This document shows, piece after piece, positions 24,690 to 38,616 of a stretch of 64,000 nucleotides of DNA. Position 1 is the stretch's first letter; every line of letters begins with the position of its first letter. Both the position numbers and the translations under genes were made by a program. This stretch comes from Chiloscyllium plagiosum (lineage: Eukaryota): positions 30,964,902 to 31,028,901 of the forward strand of contig NC_057718.1 of NCBI RefSeq assembly GCF_004010195.1, read 5' to 3'. The notes below the pieces were generated by a model. It saw only the letters and a program-made list of their open reading frames with translations, was not told where the DNA came from and did not search any database.

Positions 24690-27600
24690 CAATAAATGCT
24701 CTTGACTAGAATCTAGCCAAAGTGGATCAGGAGTGACAACTTGTAGGAAAATCTACATCAGAGCAGTGGGAATCATTCAATAAAGAAATAAAGCATAAAG
24801 GGCTCACTCTTCTAAAGGCAAAAAGTGGGACCAACAAATTCAGAGAACCCTGGATATCAAGCAATGTTTGGGATTGGACAAGGAACAAAAGTGGAAGTCA
24901 AAGGCAGATACCAAGGGATCAATGCAGCAGAATTGCTAGAGTAGTATAGAAATGGCAGAAGCTTACTTTAAAAAATCAGGAGAGTGAAGTAGGGGCATGA
25001 AAAAAGCCCTCATGGGTAAAACAAAGAAAATTCCAAATGTGTCTATAAGTATATCAGAAGCAAGAATATAACAAAAGAAAGAATGGGACTCATTTGGACC
25101 AAAGAGGCAACTTGTGTTTTGATCTGAAAGATATAAGTGAGGATTTAAATTTGTATTTTGCATCTATATTTGCCATGGAGAAAGATGATTTAAGTATGCA
25201 AATCAGGGAGGAGATATAATTGAACAAATTAGCATTGGGAAAGAGGAAGGTTTAATGGTGTTAGTGGTCTTAAAAGTGGATACATTTCCATGTCCAGATG
25301 AGATGTATTATATGTTACTGTGGAGGCAGGCAGAAGATTTCAGTGGCTCTGTCACTAAATGTTAAAATTTTCTCTTGCCGCAAGGAAGGTGTTAGATGAC
25401 TGGAAGCCTGTCAGTGTGGTAAGGAAAAACCACGAGAGTACAAGCAGTGAATCTAGCATTAGCTGTTGAGAAATAATTGGAAAAGACTTTGAGGGACTGA
25501 AGAAATCTCTATTAGGAGAGACATGGTTTAATCAAGGATAGTCAGCATGGCCTTGTAAGAGGGCAATCATGTAAGACCACAATACATTGGAACAGAGTAG
25601 ACCATTCAGCTCAACGAGTCTGGTCCATCATTTAATGAGATCATGGCTAATCTCATAACTCTCAAATTCACTTTTCTGTCTTTTCCCCATAATCCTTATT
25701 GACTAAAAATCTGTGTATATCTCAGTCCTGCATACACTTAGCGACACAACCTCAACAGCAATCTAACAAATTTGTTTGAAGTTTTGAGGAGCTGACTAGG
25801 TTTAAGGACAAGGGTAGTGCAGTTGATGTAGTCCACATTTACATCCATAAAGCTTCTGACAAGATCTCATGTGAGAAACTGGTCAAGAAGATAAGACCCT
25901 TTGGGATTTAGGGCAGTTTGGTAAATTAGCTAAGTGACAGTAGGGAAAGGGATGATGGTTGAAGGTTGTTTTTGTGACTGGAAGCCTATATCCTCTGGCT
26001 GTGGGATTCAGTCCCTTTCTGGTTGTAGTCTACATTAATGAGCTAGACATAAATGCAAAAGGCATGATCAGTACAATCATAGAGATGTACAGAATGGAAA
26101 CAGATCCTTCGGTCCAACCCGTCCACGCTGACCAGATATCCCAACCCAATCTAGTCCCACCTGCCAGCACCTGGCCCATATCCCTCCAAACCCATCCAAA
26201 TGCCTCTTTAATGTTGCAATTGAACCAGCCTCCACCACTTCCTCTGGCAGCTCATTCCATACACGTACCATGCTCTGTGTGAAAAAGTTGCACCTTAGGT
26301 CTCTTTTATATCTTTCCCCTCTCACCCTAAACCTGTGCCCTCTAGTTCTGGACTCCCCGACCCCTGGGAAAAGACTTTGCCTATTTACCCTATCCATGCC
26401 CCTTATAATTTTGTAAACCTCTATAAGGTCACCCCTCAGCCTCTGACACTCCAGGAAAAACAGCCCCAGCCTGTTCAGCCTCTCCCTATAGCTAAAATCC
26501 TCCAACCCTGGCAACATCCTTGTAAATCCTTTCTGAACCCTTTCAGGTTTCACAACATCTTTCCGATATGAAGGAGACCAGAATTGCATGCAGTATTCCA
26601 ACAGCGGCCTAACCAATGTCCTGTACAGCCACAACATGACCTCCCAACTCCTGTACTCAATGCTCTGACCAATAAAGGAAAGCATGCCAAACGCCTTCTT
26701 CACTATCCTATCTACCTGCGACTTCACTTTCAAGGAGCTATGATCCTGCACTCCAAGGTCTCTTTGTTCAGCAACACTCCCTAGGACCTTACCATTAAGT
26801 GTATAAGTCCTGCTATGATTTGCCTTCCCAAAATGCAGTACCTCACATTTATCTGAATTAAACTCCATCTGCCACTTCTCAGCCCACGGGCCCATCTGGT
26901 CCAGATCCTATTGTAATCTGAGGTAACCCTCTTCGCTGTCCACTACACCTCCAATTTTGATGTCATCTGCAAACTTACTAACTGTACCTCTTATGCTAGC
27001 ATCCAAATCATTTATGTAAATGACAAAACGTAGAGGACCCAGCACCGATCCTTGTGGCACTCCACTGGTCACAGGCCTCCAGTCTGAAAAACAACCCTCC
27101 ACCATCACTCTCTGTCTTCTACCTTTGAGCCAGTTCTGTATTCAAATGGCTAGTTCTCTCTGTATTCAATGAGATCTAACCTTGCTAATCGTCTCCCATG
27201 GGGGACTTTGTGAAACGCCTTGCTGAAGTCCATATAGATCACATCTACCGCTCTGCCCTCATCAATCATCTTTATTACATCCTCAAAAAACTCAATCAAG
27301 TTTGTGAGACATGATTTCCCACACACAAAGCCATGTTGATTATCCCTAATCAGTCCTTGCCTTTCCAAATACATGTATATCCTGTCCCTCAGGATTCCCT
27401 CCAATAACTTGCCCACCACCGATGTCAGGCTCACCGGTCTATAGTTCCCTGGCTTGTCCTTACCACCTTTCTTAAACAGTGGCACCATGTTAGCCAACCT
27501 CCAGTCTTCCGGCATCTCACCTGTGACTATCAATGATACAAATATCTCAGCAAGAGGCCAGCAATCACTTCTGTAGCTTCCCACAGAATTCTAGGGCACA

Positions 27601-29790
27601 CCTAATCAGGTCCTGGGGATTTATCCACCTTTACCCGTTTCAAGTCATCCAGCACTTCTTCGTCTGTAATATGGACATTTTGCAATATGTCACCATCTAT
27701 TTCCTTACTGTCTATATCTTCTATGTGCTTTTCCACAGTAAATACCGATGCAAAATACTCATTTAGTATCTCCCTCATTTTCTGTGGCTCCACACAAAGG
27801 CCACCTTGTTGACATTTGAGGGGACTTAATCTCTCCCTCGTTACCCTTTTATCCTTAATGTATTTGTAAAAACTCTTTGGATTCTCCTTAATTCTATTTG
27901 CCAAAGCTATCTCATGTCCCCTTTTTGCCTTCCTGATTTCCCTCTTAAGTATACTCCTACTGCCTTTATACACTTCTAAGGATTCACTCGATCTATCCTG
28001 TCTATACCTGACATATGCTTCCTTCTTTTTCTTAACCAAACCCTCAATTTCTTTAGTCATCCAGCATTCCCTATAACTACCAGCATTTCCTTTCATCCTA
28101 ACAGGAATATATTTTCGCTGGATTCTCGTTATCTCATTTCCGAAGGCTTCCCATTTTCCAGCTGTCCCTTTACCTGTGAACATCTGCCCCCAATCAGCTT
28201 TCATAAGGTCTTGCCTAATACCGTCAAAATTGGCCTTTCTCCAATTTAGAACTTCAACTTTTAGATCTGGTCTATCCTTTTCCATCATTGTTTTAAATCT
28301 AATGGAATTATGGTCGCTGGCCCCAAAGTACTCCCCCACTGACACCTCGTCACCTGCCCTGCCTTATTTCCTGCTCTAGTAGGTACATCCACATACTGAA
28401 TCAGAAAATTGTCTTGTACACACTTAACAAATTTCTCTCCATCTAAACCCTTAACTATAGCAGTCCCAGTCGATGTTTGGAAAGTTAAAATCCCCTACCA
28501 TAACCACCCTATTATTCTTACGGATAGCTGTTTGTTTCTCAATTTCCCTCTGACTATTAGGGGGTCTATAATACAATCCCAATAAGCCTATCATCCCTTT
28601 CTTATTTCTCAGTTCCACCCAAATAACCTCCCTGGATGTATTTCCAGGAATATACTCCCTCAGCACAGCTGTGATGCTATTCCTTATCAAAAACGACACA
28701 CACACCCACCTCTCTTGCCTCCTTTTCTATCTTTCCTGTAGCATTTGTATCCGGGAACATTAAGCTGCCAGTCCTGCCCATCCTTGACCCATGTTTCTGT
28801 AATCGCTATGATATCCCAGTCCCATGTTCCTAACCATGCCCTGAGTTCATCTGCCTTCCCTGTTAGGCCCCTTGCATTGAAATAAATGCAGTTTAATTTA
28901 TTAATCCTACCTTGTCTCTGCCTGCCCTGACTATTTGACTCGCTTCTGTTCTCAACTGTACCAATCTCAAATGGCTGGAAAATTTGTAGTGTAGTAAATA
29001 GCAAGGAGAAAGCATTCGACTACAGAAGAATATAGATGGGCTGTCAGATAGGCACAATAGTAGAAATTGGAAATAATTCCTAAAAAGTGAATTTTGGGAG
29101 GACTAACAATATAAGAAAATTGGTAATGAATTATTGGATACTAAGAAGTAGAAACAATCATAGGGAGCTTTGTTCATAGATCCTTGACGGCAGTAGTGCA
29201 GGTAAATTGATTCAGAAGGCATATAGGACACTTTCCCTATTAATTCATTCATTGACTACAAGAACTAGAATGTTATAATTGACCTTGACAAAAGATTAGT
29301 TAACCACAGCAGCAGTACTGTGTGCAGCTCTGGTCACTGCTCTGTAGAAAATGTATGTTCACACTGGAGATGGTGTAGATGAGATTCACAAGGACATAGT
29401 CTGGGTTGGAGTGTTTTAGCTGTGAAGAAAGGTTGAATAGACTGGAGTTGCTTTCCCTAGAGAAGAGAGGGCTGTAGTGGGACTGAATGATGTCTACAAA
29501 ATTATGACAGACATAGATAGAGGAGATAGTAAAACGTTTCCACTACATACGGTCGGCATGGATGAGTTGGATCTCTGTGTCTCTATGACATAAGGGGTCA
29601 ATACACATGGGTCATTGAGTTAAAGTAGGAGGCCAGAGGTGTAGAGGGGATTTGAGGAAGAAAAATCACCAAAAGGATTGAATTGTCACAGTATAGAAGG
29701 CTATGGGACATGGGGAAAGATTGGATAGATTTTTGATGTCTGGCATTGATACAATAGGCCAAAGGGCTTCCTTCTGTGCTGTAAAACTCT
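24690..29790 (+). mobile_element. Old CR1-type LINE ORF2 remnant, interrupted by a younger CR1 at 26077-28970
   Basis: Decayed ORF2 motifs (GATAGTCAGCATGG = DSQHG; VYINELD before 26075) resume after ~28975 and end in a CR1 tail near 29790. Confidence 0.7.
26077..28970 (-). mobile_element. CR1/HER1-type LINE, 5'-truncated, frameshifted ORF2 (APE endonuclease + RT)
   Basis: ORF pieces: YFNARGL...IAITETW, GDFNFPNIDW, SDHN, KSPGPD, PGNYRPVSLTSVVGK, DFSKAF, GVPQGSVLGP, SKFADD, LVRPLLEYC. The 3' tail is at 26077. Confidence 0.95.
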
Positions 29791-30178
29791 CAGATTTGAT
29801 GACTCACCATAGCTGAAGAGCTCCAGCTCAGGCAATAGGTCAGTGAGTCTCCTCTGAACCATCTCTGGTGCAATCATTGTGACTGTGGATGTGAGTGAGT
29901 TCAGTATGACTATGAGTGAATGAATTCTGTGTAATTGTGAGTATGTGCGAGTGAGCTTAGTGTAGCAGTGACTTGGATGCAACTGAACTCAATATGAATG
30001 TGGACAGCTTAGTGTGACTGCAAGTGAGATGCAACTCAGTGTGAATGTGATGAACACAGTGTGATTGTGAATCTGTGTGAGTTTTATATGACCAGGAATA
30101 TGAGTGAGCTGAATGAGCTCGTTGTGAGTATGAGTGAAGGCAATGAGAATATGCGAGCAAGGATAATTGAGCTGTGAG

Positions 30179-30364
30179 TCGAGAGTATGGTGCTGAAAAA
30201 GCACAGCAGGTCAGACAGCATCTGAGGAGCAGGAGAATTGATGAAGGGCTCATGCCTGAAATGTCAATTCTCTTGCTCCTTTAATGCTGCCTGACCTGCT
30301 GTGCTTTTCCAGCACCACACTCTTGACTCTGATCTCCAGCATCTGCAGTCCTCACTTTCTCCTG
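30179..30364. mobile_element. Palindromic PLE end element, family A
   Basis: Inverted arms plus a 34-nt tail ending CTCACTTTCTCCT. 13-bp TSD ATTGAGCTGTGAG at 30166-30178 and 30365-30377. Decayed TGATGA-AGGGCTCATGCCT-GAAAT-GTC core. Confidence 0.85.
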
Positions 30365-30431
30365 ATTGAGCTGTGAGAGTGAATGAGTTCAGCATGACTG
30401 TAAGTGTGAGAGATCCCAATGTCAGTGTGAC

Positions 30432-31087
30432 TGTTATTGTGGATCAGACTAAACATCTTCAAAATATATTATGAAGATAGCCTCGATCCCAATGTTTGCC
30501 TATTTTTAAAAACAAGTGTAAGGTGTTGTGTTCCAGATGCAATTTCAATGGTCAAATTACTAGGCTCGAAGCAAAACATGCTTTATTTTTACACAATAAT
30601 TCAAGTACAAGAAAAAGAAAGAAGAATTGGAATATCTTAACTTTATCGGAAAATGTAACTGAATGATAGATTATTTAAATACTAAACAGCAACTGTTCCA
30701 ATAGAGTAACATTCCATTAAACATACCCTTTGCAAAGGCAAATTCAGTAAACAGGTCATCTCACTTGCAATTCTCCAGTCCAGGAGGCAAGAACATCAAA
30801 AGAAAACTATGTGTGAGAGAGAGAACTCAGGCATTTTGCTGTAGCACAGACAGATGTATAGCAGCTCCCAAACACTAATAGCTATTGAAAGTTAAACTAA
30901 AATCTTGGTTCTGTAGGAGCTTGACCCCACCCTTTTGTGCTGGCCTGATTGTTCCATCATTAAAAAATCCCAGGCCTCACAAGCTGTTTACTCTATTGGC
31001 TTGGAACAGACCACTCATTACTGTCTCAACCTCTCTTCACAGAAAAAACCGAGACAAAATACATCTTAAAACCATAGGATCATTGCA
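30432..31087 (-). mobile_element. 3' LTR of the Gmr1-like Gypsy element
   Basis: Follows RNase H on the minus strand. A polypurine tract AAGGTGGGAGG is immediately followed by TG at 31087. The distal end loosely resembles the end of the solo LTR at 60850; the left boundary is approximate. Confidence 0.65.
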
Positions 31088-31239
31088 CCTCCCACCTTAA
31101 AAATAAACCATCAAAGATGGCTTCATTTTAAAAAACCTTAGACCTTACATCATTAGTATACCACAATACATATACAATAGTTTTACTCTGAACGTGCAAA
31201 CAAACATTCACTATTACAGTCCATTTCAGTCCCTTTTTT

Positions 31240-34200
31240 CTACCACCAAACGCACTCAAAGTCGTGACAACACATCAGCAATTGAGTTCTCTCATCCTTC
31301 CATATGTATAATTTTCAAATTGAATGGCTGCAATAATAAGCTCCATCAGAATAGTCTAGAAATGTTATCCTTAATATTTTCCAAAACATTTAAGGTGTTA
31401 TGATCAGTATACACAACTGTCTCCGACACATTGCTGGCAACATAAATGTTGAAATGTTGCAACACCAAAACCAAACTCAAGGTCACTTTCTCAATCATTG
31501 AATATTTCTGTTGATGACAATTCAGCTTTTTGGAAAAATAACCAAAAGGTCTTTCTACTATCTCATTGTCATTTCGTAAGAGTACAGCACCAATGCCTTC
31601 ATCACTCGCAATGATAGCTTCCTTGAATGGCTTTGTGTAGTTAGGTGTTACAAACACTGAAGCAGTGGTCAACACAGCTTTCAGGTTGTCAAATGCCTTC
31701 TGACAATCTTCTGTCCACTGGAATGTTTTTGCACTTCTTCAACATGTTGGTCAGTGGAGCAACCACACCGCTAAATTTGGTATGAGTTTCTGATTAAGAA
31801 AACCCCTCAGTCCCAGGAATCGCAGTACTTCCCTGTTTGTCAATGGTATGGGAAACTCCTCAGTAACCTTTGTTTTCTCAATTCATGCAGCCATCCGTCC
31901 ATGTCCATTAACATGGCCCAGCAATGTGACTTGGGCTTTTGCAAACTCACTCATAGCCAGGTTTATCACCAAGCCCGCCTCCTGAAATCAATCTAACAAT
32001 TCTGATAGATGCTCCAAATGTTCCTTCCATTTGTGACTAAAAATCACCAAATCGTCTTTGTACACCACACAATTTGGTAATCCCAAAATGACTTTATTGG
32101 TTAGTCTTTAAATGTAGCTGGCACATGTTTCACACCAAATGGCATAACCTTAAATTGGTAAGGTTAATTTGGTGTCATGTAAGTCAAAATTGTCTTCGCT
32201 ATTTTGGATAAATGTACCTGCCAGTATCCTCTGAGTAAGTCCAACTTAGACATATAAATTGCTTGAACCGCCTTCTCAATACAATCTTCCAAATGTGGAA
32301 TAGGATATGAATTGGATTTTGTAACTGCATTGACTTTGCAATAGTCCACACATAATCGGTGGGTGCTATTTGGTTTTGGCACCATTACTGTGGATAAGCT
32401 TCATTTTCTGCAACTCCCTTTGATTATGTCATCTCTGAGATGCTTTCAATCTCTTTTTGAAGTTGTGCCAACTTCAGGAGGTTATGTCTGTCAGAAAGTT
32501 GCTTAATCGAAACAGCATTTCCTATATCTAAATCATGCGTAATTAGATTAGTACTTCCCAGCTTATACCCACATATCACTCCATGTGAATGTAATAACTC
32601 TTTCAGGTCATTTTGATCTTCTTCTAGAAGGTAACTCAATAATTTATGCCATTTTTGAGAACTTCCTCATTGTCCAATTTAATTTGAAGAATGTCCAATT
32701 TTAGAATCATCTGAACCTGGTTCTTCACTCTTGTAACCAGTACAACATTCAGCTTTTGCTTTCCTTCCTTATCAAAATACCTTTTGAATAAATTCACATG
32801 ACAAACTCTGAGATTTCTTTCTGGTGTTCTTATCAAATAGTTCCCCCACTCAATTTCCTTTTGATTTGATAAGGCCCACTAAACCCAGCCTTTAAAGGTT
32901 CACCTATCACAGGAAGTAACACTAACACTCTAACTCCATGTGAAAAATTGCAAATTTTTTATTTCTTCCCTGCTTCCCTTTTCATCACATGCTGTGCTAC
33001 CTTTAAATGTTATCTTGCAAACTCACCCACTCTATTTAATCTTTTCCTTAAATTTGAGATATAATCCAAATATATGGTCTCTGAACTCTGACACACCAAC
33101 TTCTCCTTAATTACTTTCATTGGTCCTCTCACCTCATGCCTAAAAGCTAATTCAAATGGACTCAATTTGGTTAATTTATTTGGTGCATCCCTAATTGCAA
33201 GAAGTACAAATGAAATTCCTTTATCCCAATCATCTGGATAGTCTTGATTATAAATGCTCAACATGGTCTTTGAAATTTGATGCCATTGTTCTAATGCTCC
33301 CTGCAATTCTGGATGGTATGTAGTGCATTTGAATTGTTTTATTCCTAAGCTACCCATAACTTCCTTGAAAAACTTTGATGCAAAACTTGACCCTTGATCT
33401 GATTGTATCTCTGTGGGTATTCCGTATCCAGTTTAAAAATGTTGAGTAACTGTTCTACAATCTTATTAGTCATGATACGGTGTAATGGAATGACCTCAAA
33501 AAGTAGTAGACACATCCATTATGGGCAACAAAAATCAATTCCCACTTTTTGTTTTAAATAGGAGTTAAAGGTCCTCAAGAGCAAGAATGGGTATTAAGGG
33601 TATTGGTTTTATCACTGCCTGAGGGTTTCCAATTACCTGATACATATGACATGTCTGGTAAAATTAAACCACATCTTTATACAGTCCAGGCTAATAAAAA
33701 TGTTTTTGTATTTGGCTTAAGTTTTCCTTACTCCCAAATGATCTCCTATTGGTAATCTATGTGCTACCCACAATATCCCATTTCTATAACCCACCAGTAA
33801 TACAACTTGATGAACCTCTGCCCATTTTTTGATCCACCTGAATATGTAATGGTGTCCATTTCTTCATCAAGACTTCATTTTTAAGAAAGTAACATTCTGG
33901 TATGCACTCAGATTCTCCTTCTGTGTATGCTTTTTGACACAACTGCTTCAGTTTGTCCAATTTCTGTTTTAATTCAGCTAGCTTCTCTGAACGAAAAATA
34001 GCCACTTTGTCCTCCACCATCTTGCATTTCCCCCAAAATTTGATCAAACATAGCTTCTGAGACTTGAATTTCAATTTCCCTATTTTTACTCCTTGATTTC
34101 TCCTCCTCTTTTAACTTGTGGCTTTGTGATCTTCTTACCACAGTCAGGTAAATCCCCAGGATAGACTTCCTATAATACCTCAGTTGCCTGACTTTCGACT

Positions 34201-35505
34201 GGCTTTTCAACCACAGTAGGCACCACGCCTACCTGTGATCCAGTTGTGTCATTACCAAGGATAAACTGTATCTCTGGAAGCAACAATTTCTTGATCACTC
34301 CTATCACCACTTTTCACCGGACTCTCCAGCCTCACTTTATATAATGGAACACTGCTCTTCTCACCATGAATTCAACATATTACCACCTTTTCTGGCAATA
34401 TACCTTCTAAAATACATATCTACTCATCTCTCACAATTGAAGATTGATTTGTTCCTGTATCTTTTAAAATTTTAATTTCGTTATTTGCTCCTCCTAGCAT
34501 ATATGAATAAACTTTATCCATGCAAGTAAATTTAGAGAGATATGGCACTTTCTTCCCAACCAACCTCTGACCAGGTTGTAAATTCTTTTGCAGCTTTTTA
34601 ACTTCCACTGTGCTTTCCTTTACCACTTCAACAAAACTCATTGGCTTATCCGCCGCCTGTCTTCCCAATGCTTTTTCTAAATCGCCAACACTGCAACTTC
34701 ATGCGGCCAGTTTTTTTTACGCGAAATCACCTGGGCTTTTTCACTTCTCTTGCTCCCCCCCTCCATGGGTTTCCTTTTTACCCTGTGGTAAGCTATCTTT
34801 AATGAGATTGTCTTTTCCCTTACCACCTGAGGATTTCTCTTTTCTACAACTTCTATCCCTCATAGGTTGCAATTGATGTCAGAAGTCAATTTAATTTATG
34901 AACAAACTAATAATCATATGCCATTTCCATTACTAATCTTATACTCTTAACGCTCTGCTCTCCCACTTCCATTTTCATTACCTCAGGAAGTGAATTTTTG
35001 AACTCCTCCAAAGTAATCATCCCCCTAAGAGCATCATATGTTTGATCAATTTTCAATAACTTTATTCACCTATCAAAATTATTTGGTGTGATCCTTTCAA
35101 ATTCAATGTATGTTTAACCAGGTTCACTGCTTAGATTCCTGAAACATCGTCGGTATGCTTCTTGTACTAAAGATATTCACTTAAGATGGTTTCTTTCACC
35201 TCATTATGCCCCCCGACACCTCCTCCGATAGTGAGGCAAATACCTCAGTAGCTCAACCTACTAACTTTGTTTGGATCATCAATACCCACATGATCACCAG
35301 CCATTTCATTTGTTTAGCCACTTTCTCAAACAAAATGAAAATGGCTTTGACATCTTTCTCATTGAACTTACGCAAGGCTTGAACATATTTAAACAGATCC
35401 CCACTAGGCCTTTGGCAAAGATGGGATTGTACTCCATCACTGCTTCTACCTTTCACCTCTATGCAAAGTGATTTTGACAGATGAACATTAGAAGCTGAAA
35501 CCATT
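31240..35505 (-). mobile_element. Decayed Gmr1-like Ty3/Gypsy retrotransposon internal region (gag-PR-IN-RT-RH)
   Basis: Order along the minus strand: gag-like (FNEKDV..FILFEKVA), protease (ILKDTG), integrase (YHPELQGALE, WDKG, SPFEL), RT (RLCVDY.KVN, KLDLLRGYWQV, VYKDD ~32060), RNase H (ASDEGIGAVL, YTDHN). Many stops and frameshifts. Confidence 0.9.
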
Positions 35506-35976
35506 TAAGAGGCTCTTGGAGAGATTATTCTCTTACAGGAGTTTAAAAACTCACTACCTTTCCTAATGAGAACCTAGGTTGAGGACCAAAAGGTTGCAAC
35601 TACTGGACAGGCAGTATTATGACTGATGATTATGAGTTGACCCATAAAACTGGATCTGTTTCTCTTATAATCTTAAATCCAAAAGTGATAGAAAATGCCA
35701 GAGTGAATGAAAGAAAGTAGCCAGGGTAAAGAATGGATACCTCTGAGTGGCCCAAGGTCTTCTTCTCAATTCAGAAAGAAAAATATTGAGGGGAGAGATA
35801 GGATAATATATTAAAAATGCTGGAAGTTGTGAAGAAAACCAATTGGAATTATTAGAGTTTGTAACAATGGCTTCGAAGAGCAAACTCACCAAAAGAAGGC
35901 CACAGATCAGATTGAGCTTTAATCAGTGCTAAGAGATTGGCAGTAAACATTTCTGTGAATGTGGATGAAGTACACA

Positions 35977-36288
35977 TGGTAGATGAGGTCCAGAACTAGA
36001 GGGCATAGGTTTAGGGTGAGATGGGAAAGATATAAAAGAGACCTTAGGGGCAACTTTTTCACGCAGAGGCTGGTACGTGTATGGAATGAGCTACCAGAGG
36101 ATGTGGTGGAGGCTGGTACAATTGCAACATTTAAGAGGCATTTGGATGGGTACACGAATAGGAAGGTTTTGGAGGGATATGGGCCGGGTGCTGGCAGGTG
36201 GGACTAGATTGGGTTAGGATATCTGGTCTGCATGGACAGTTTGGACCGAATGGTCTGTTTCCATGCTGTACATCTCTATGACTCTATG
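35977..36288 (+). mobile_element. CR1/HER1-type LINE 3' end
   Basis: SRTRGHRFRVR...FFTQR.VRVWNELP followed by a CTCTATGA-repeat tail. Near-identical to the 3' end of the 26077 copy. Confidence 0.9.
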
Positions 36289-36807
36289 AAGGATCTATAT
36301 CTAAAAGGCAGATAACCAATTTTTTTCTGTGAAGCATTCATTTCACAGGTGTTTTTGAATAGGTATTTTATATGGTTAAGACTTCATAAGGACATAATGG
36401 CAGTTCTGTAAAATGTGTCAAAAATGTCAGATGGTACAAAAATCTCAACATGTATTTAAATCAGCACCTTTGATACAAGAACCATTCGGTCAAGTGTTAA
36501 GTGATTGTGTACGACCATGATTGACATCAATATAACTTTACAATTGTGGATATGACAAATTGACCCCAGAAGCTAGTCCTTTAAAGGACAATTAGTGTTA
36601 AGGTAGTAGTTGAAAAGTTAGCATAGTTTTTTGATCATTATGGACTGCCAATTGAGATAGATCAGGATTCTAACTTCATGTCTAAAATTTTCCAGGAGAT
36701 AATTAGCTGTTGGGTATGAAACAACTGAAGTCAACTGCATATCATTCACAAACACAAGGAGCTTTAGAGAGGTATCTTTAATCTCTCAAAGTCATACTTT
36801 TACAAAT

Positions 36808-37119
36808 TTAGAATGGATAGAATCCAAACAGTGTGGAAACAGGTCATTTGGTCCAATCAACCCTCTAAAGATCATCCCATCCTGACCCATGCCTGTAACA
36901 CTTCATTTCCCACAACTAACCTACACATTCCAGAACACAATGAACAATTTAGCACAGCCAGTCCACCTAATTTGCACATCTTTGGACTTCAGGAAGAAAC
37001 CAAAGCAACTGGCAGAAACCCACACAGACACAGGGACAACATAACTCCATACAGACAGTCACCTACCAGTCCTTGGTACTGTGAAGCAGCAGTGCTAACC
37101 ACTGAGCTACTGTGCCACC
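36808..37119 (-). mobile_element. tRNA-derived SINE (HE1/V-SINE-like)
   Basis: Minus strand starts GGTGGCACAGTAGCTCAGTGGTTAGCACTGCTGCTTCAC (A-box region), has the central TCCAAAGATGTGCA domain and ends in a CR1-like tail. Confidence 0.8.
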
Positions 37120-38616
37120 TGCAAAACACCCACAGGTTCAAGTCAGGGGATTAAATTTCATGCTACGTACTATCAGAGATCCCTCAAATGAACCTATTGG
37201 GTTTAGTCCTTTTGAATTGATCTATGTTTATGAAATTAGTGGTCCTTTAAAATGGACAGGAAAGAAGTTCTTAAATCAAAAAGATGAATCTTCAATGTTG
37301 GATAATACGTCTATATTTTTAGGTAGAATTACAGGAGTATGTAGGGTAGGACAAGGGAATTAGAAGTTTAATGAGAGAAAATGAAAGACCAGGCAGATAA
37401 AAATTCACAACAAGAGCATTCCAAGTGAATTGGTATTTTGGGTATTGCAAGATGGATCTCATGGTCCATACAAAATTAGTAGGAAGGTTAATAAAGTGAT
37501 TTATCTGATAAATACTCTTGATTATTGGAAGAAGAATCAGTTAGGTCACATAAATATGTTGAAAAGATATTATTACTGGGGACAGGATAAGGTGGAACAA
37601 GTATATCAGGTGGTAAGATAGTGGAACTTGACAGGCAACAAGAATGAGGTAGAAGGCAAGATGGACAATTCACAAAGTGAACCTCCTACAATTTGATGAG
37701 CTACCACAGAATTACTGGGATAGTTAAACATTGTTTCTTCACTTAAAATATCAATGCAAGAAACATTTAGCCAATAACACCCTGTACAGTGTAAATCTAT
37801 ATGGTTAACAAACTTGCAATTAGACTTCTGCAAATGTAAACATATAATTCTAAAAATGAAATTGTGTCTTTTGACTCTAAGCTGATTTGAAATTATAAGT
37901 GCATCCATCCTGGCACTGGTGAATGCATAAAGATCAATGGGTTTGTATCTGAGCTCATAATTCAGCCAGCTCTAGATGATTTTTACTTATGCTTATCAGT
38001 TGATTAGTTCAGGTGCTTATATGAACATACAAAAACTAGATAGAAAGAAAAGCAACTGGACCATTCACACCCAGGGTAATGCATCAAGCCAAGAGCTCAT
38101 TACCAACTAGGTGCCATGCCGTATTTTTGGAGAGAGGAGAAAACAGATTTGAAAACTAAGGGAAAGAAAATATTCTCCATATCTCACTGGGTAACTGAAA
38201 TCAGCCAGGGAAATCATGTTGACCATGATTGATATTATTCAGTATCTACCTCTTCTACGATGTAATTTCACAGCCATGAACATGCTGTCTCTTGAAGGTA
38301 GACAATAAACCATTACTCAGCACACAAGGCAACAAGTTTGTGATTGAAAAGATATGACAGGGTGTGATTAAGTGTCAGTGAGTGTCATTCCAGCCTGTTA
38401 GTATATTATTCTGCCAGGATACTTCCAAATATGTGGATTATTAGCTGTGTTGATGAGTGATCTATGAAGATATTAGAAGGTTGAGTTCTGTTTCTGTCAG
38501 TTGATGGGATTGTTTCTGGAAGCGGAAATTGGTTTGTTTTCATCTATGACAGTAAGTATTTCAAATCTACTGCAGTGTACCATTCCCTTCACGTGAACTT
38601 TTGTTTAAATATTTTA

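Larger units (their letters stand above)
35560..37740 (+). mobile_element. Second, more decayed Gmr1-like/Gypsy remnant (gag and integrase pieces)
   Basis: DDYELTHK-like gag fragment near 35625, DQDSNFMS-like and YHSQTQGALER segments at 36660-36775, GFSPFELIY and GPYKI...HINMLKRY. Interrupted by a CR1 tail and a SINE. Confidence 0.75.
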
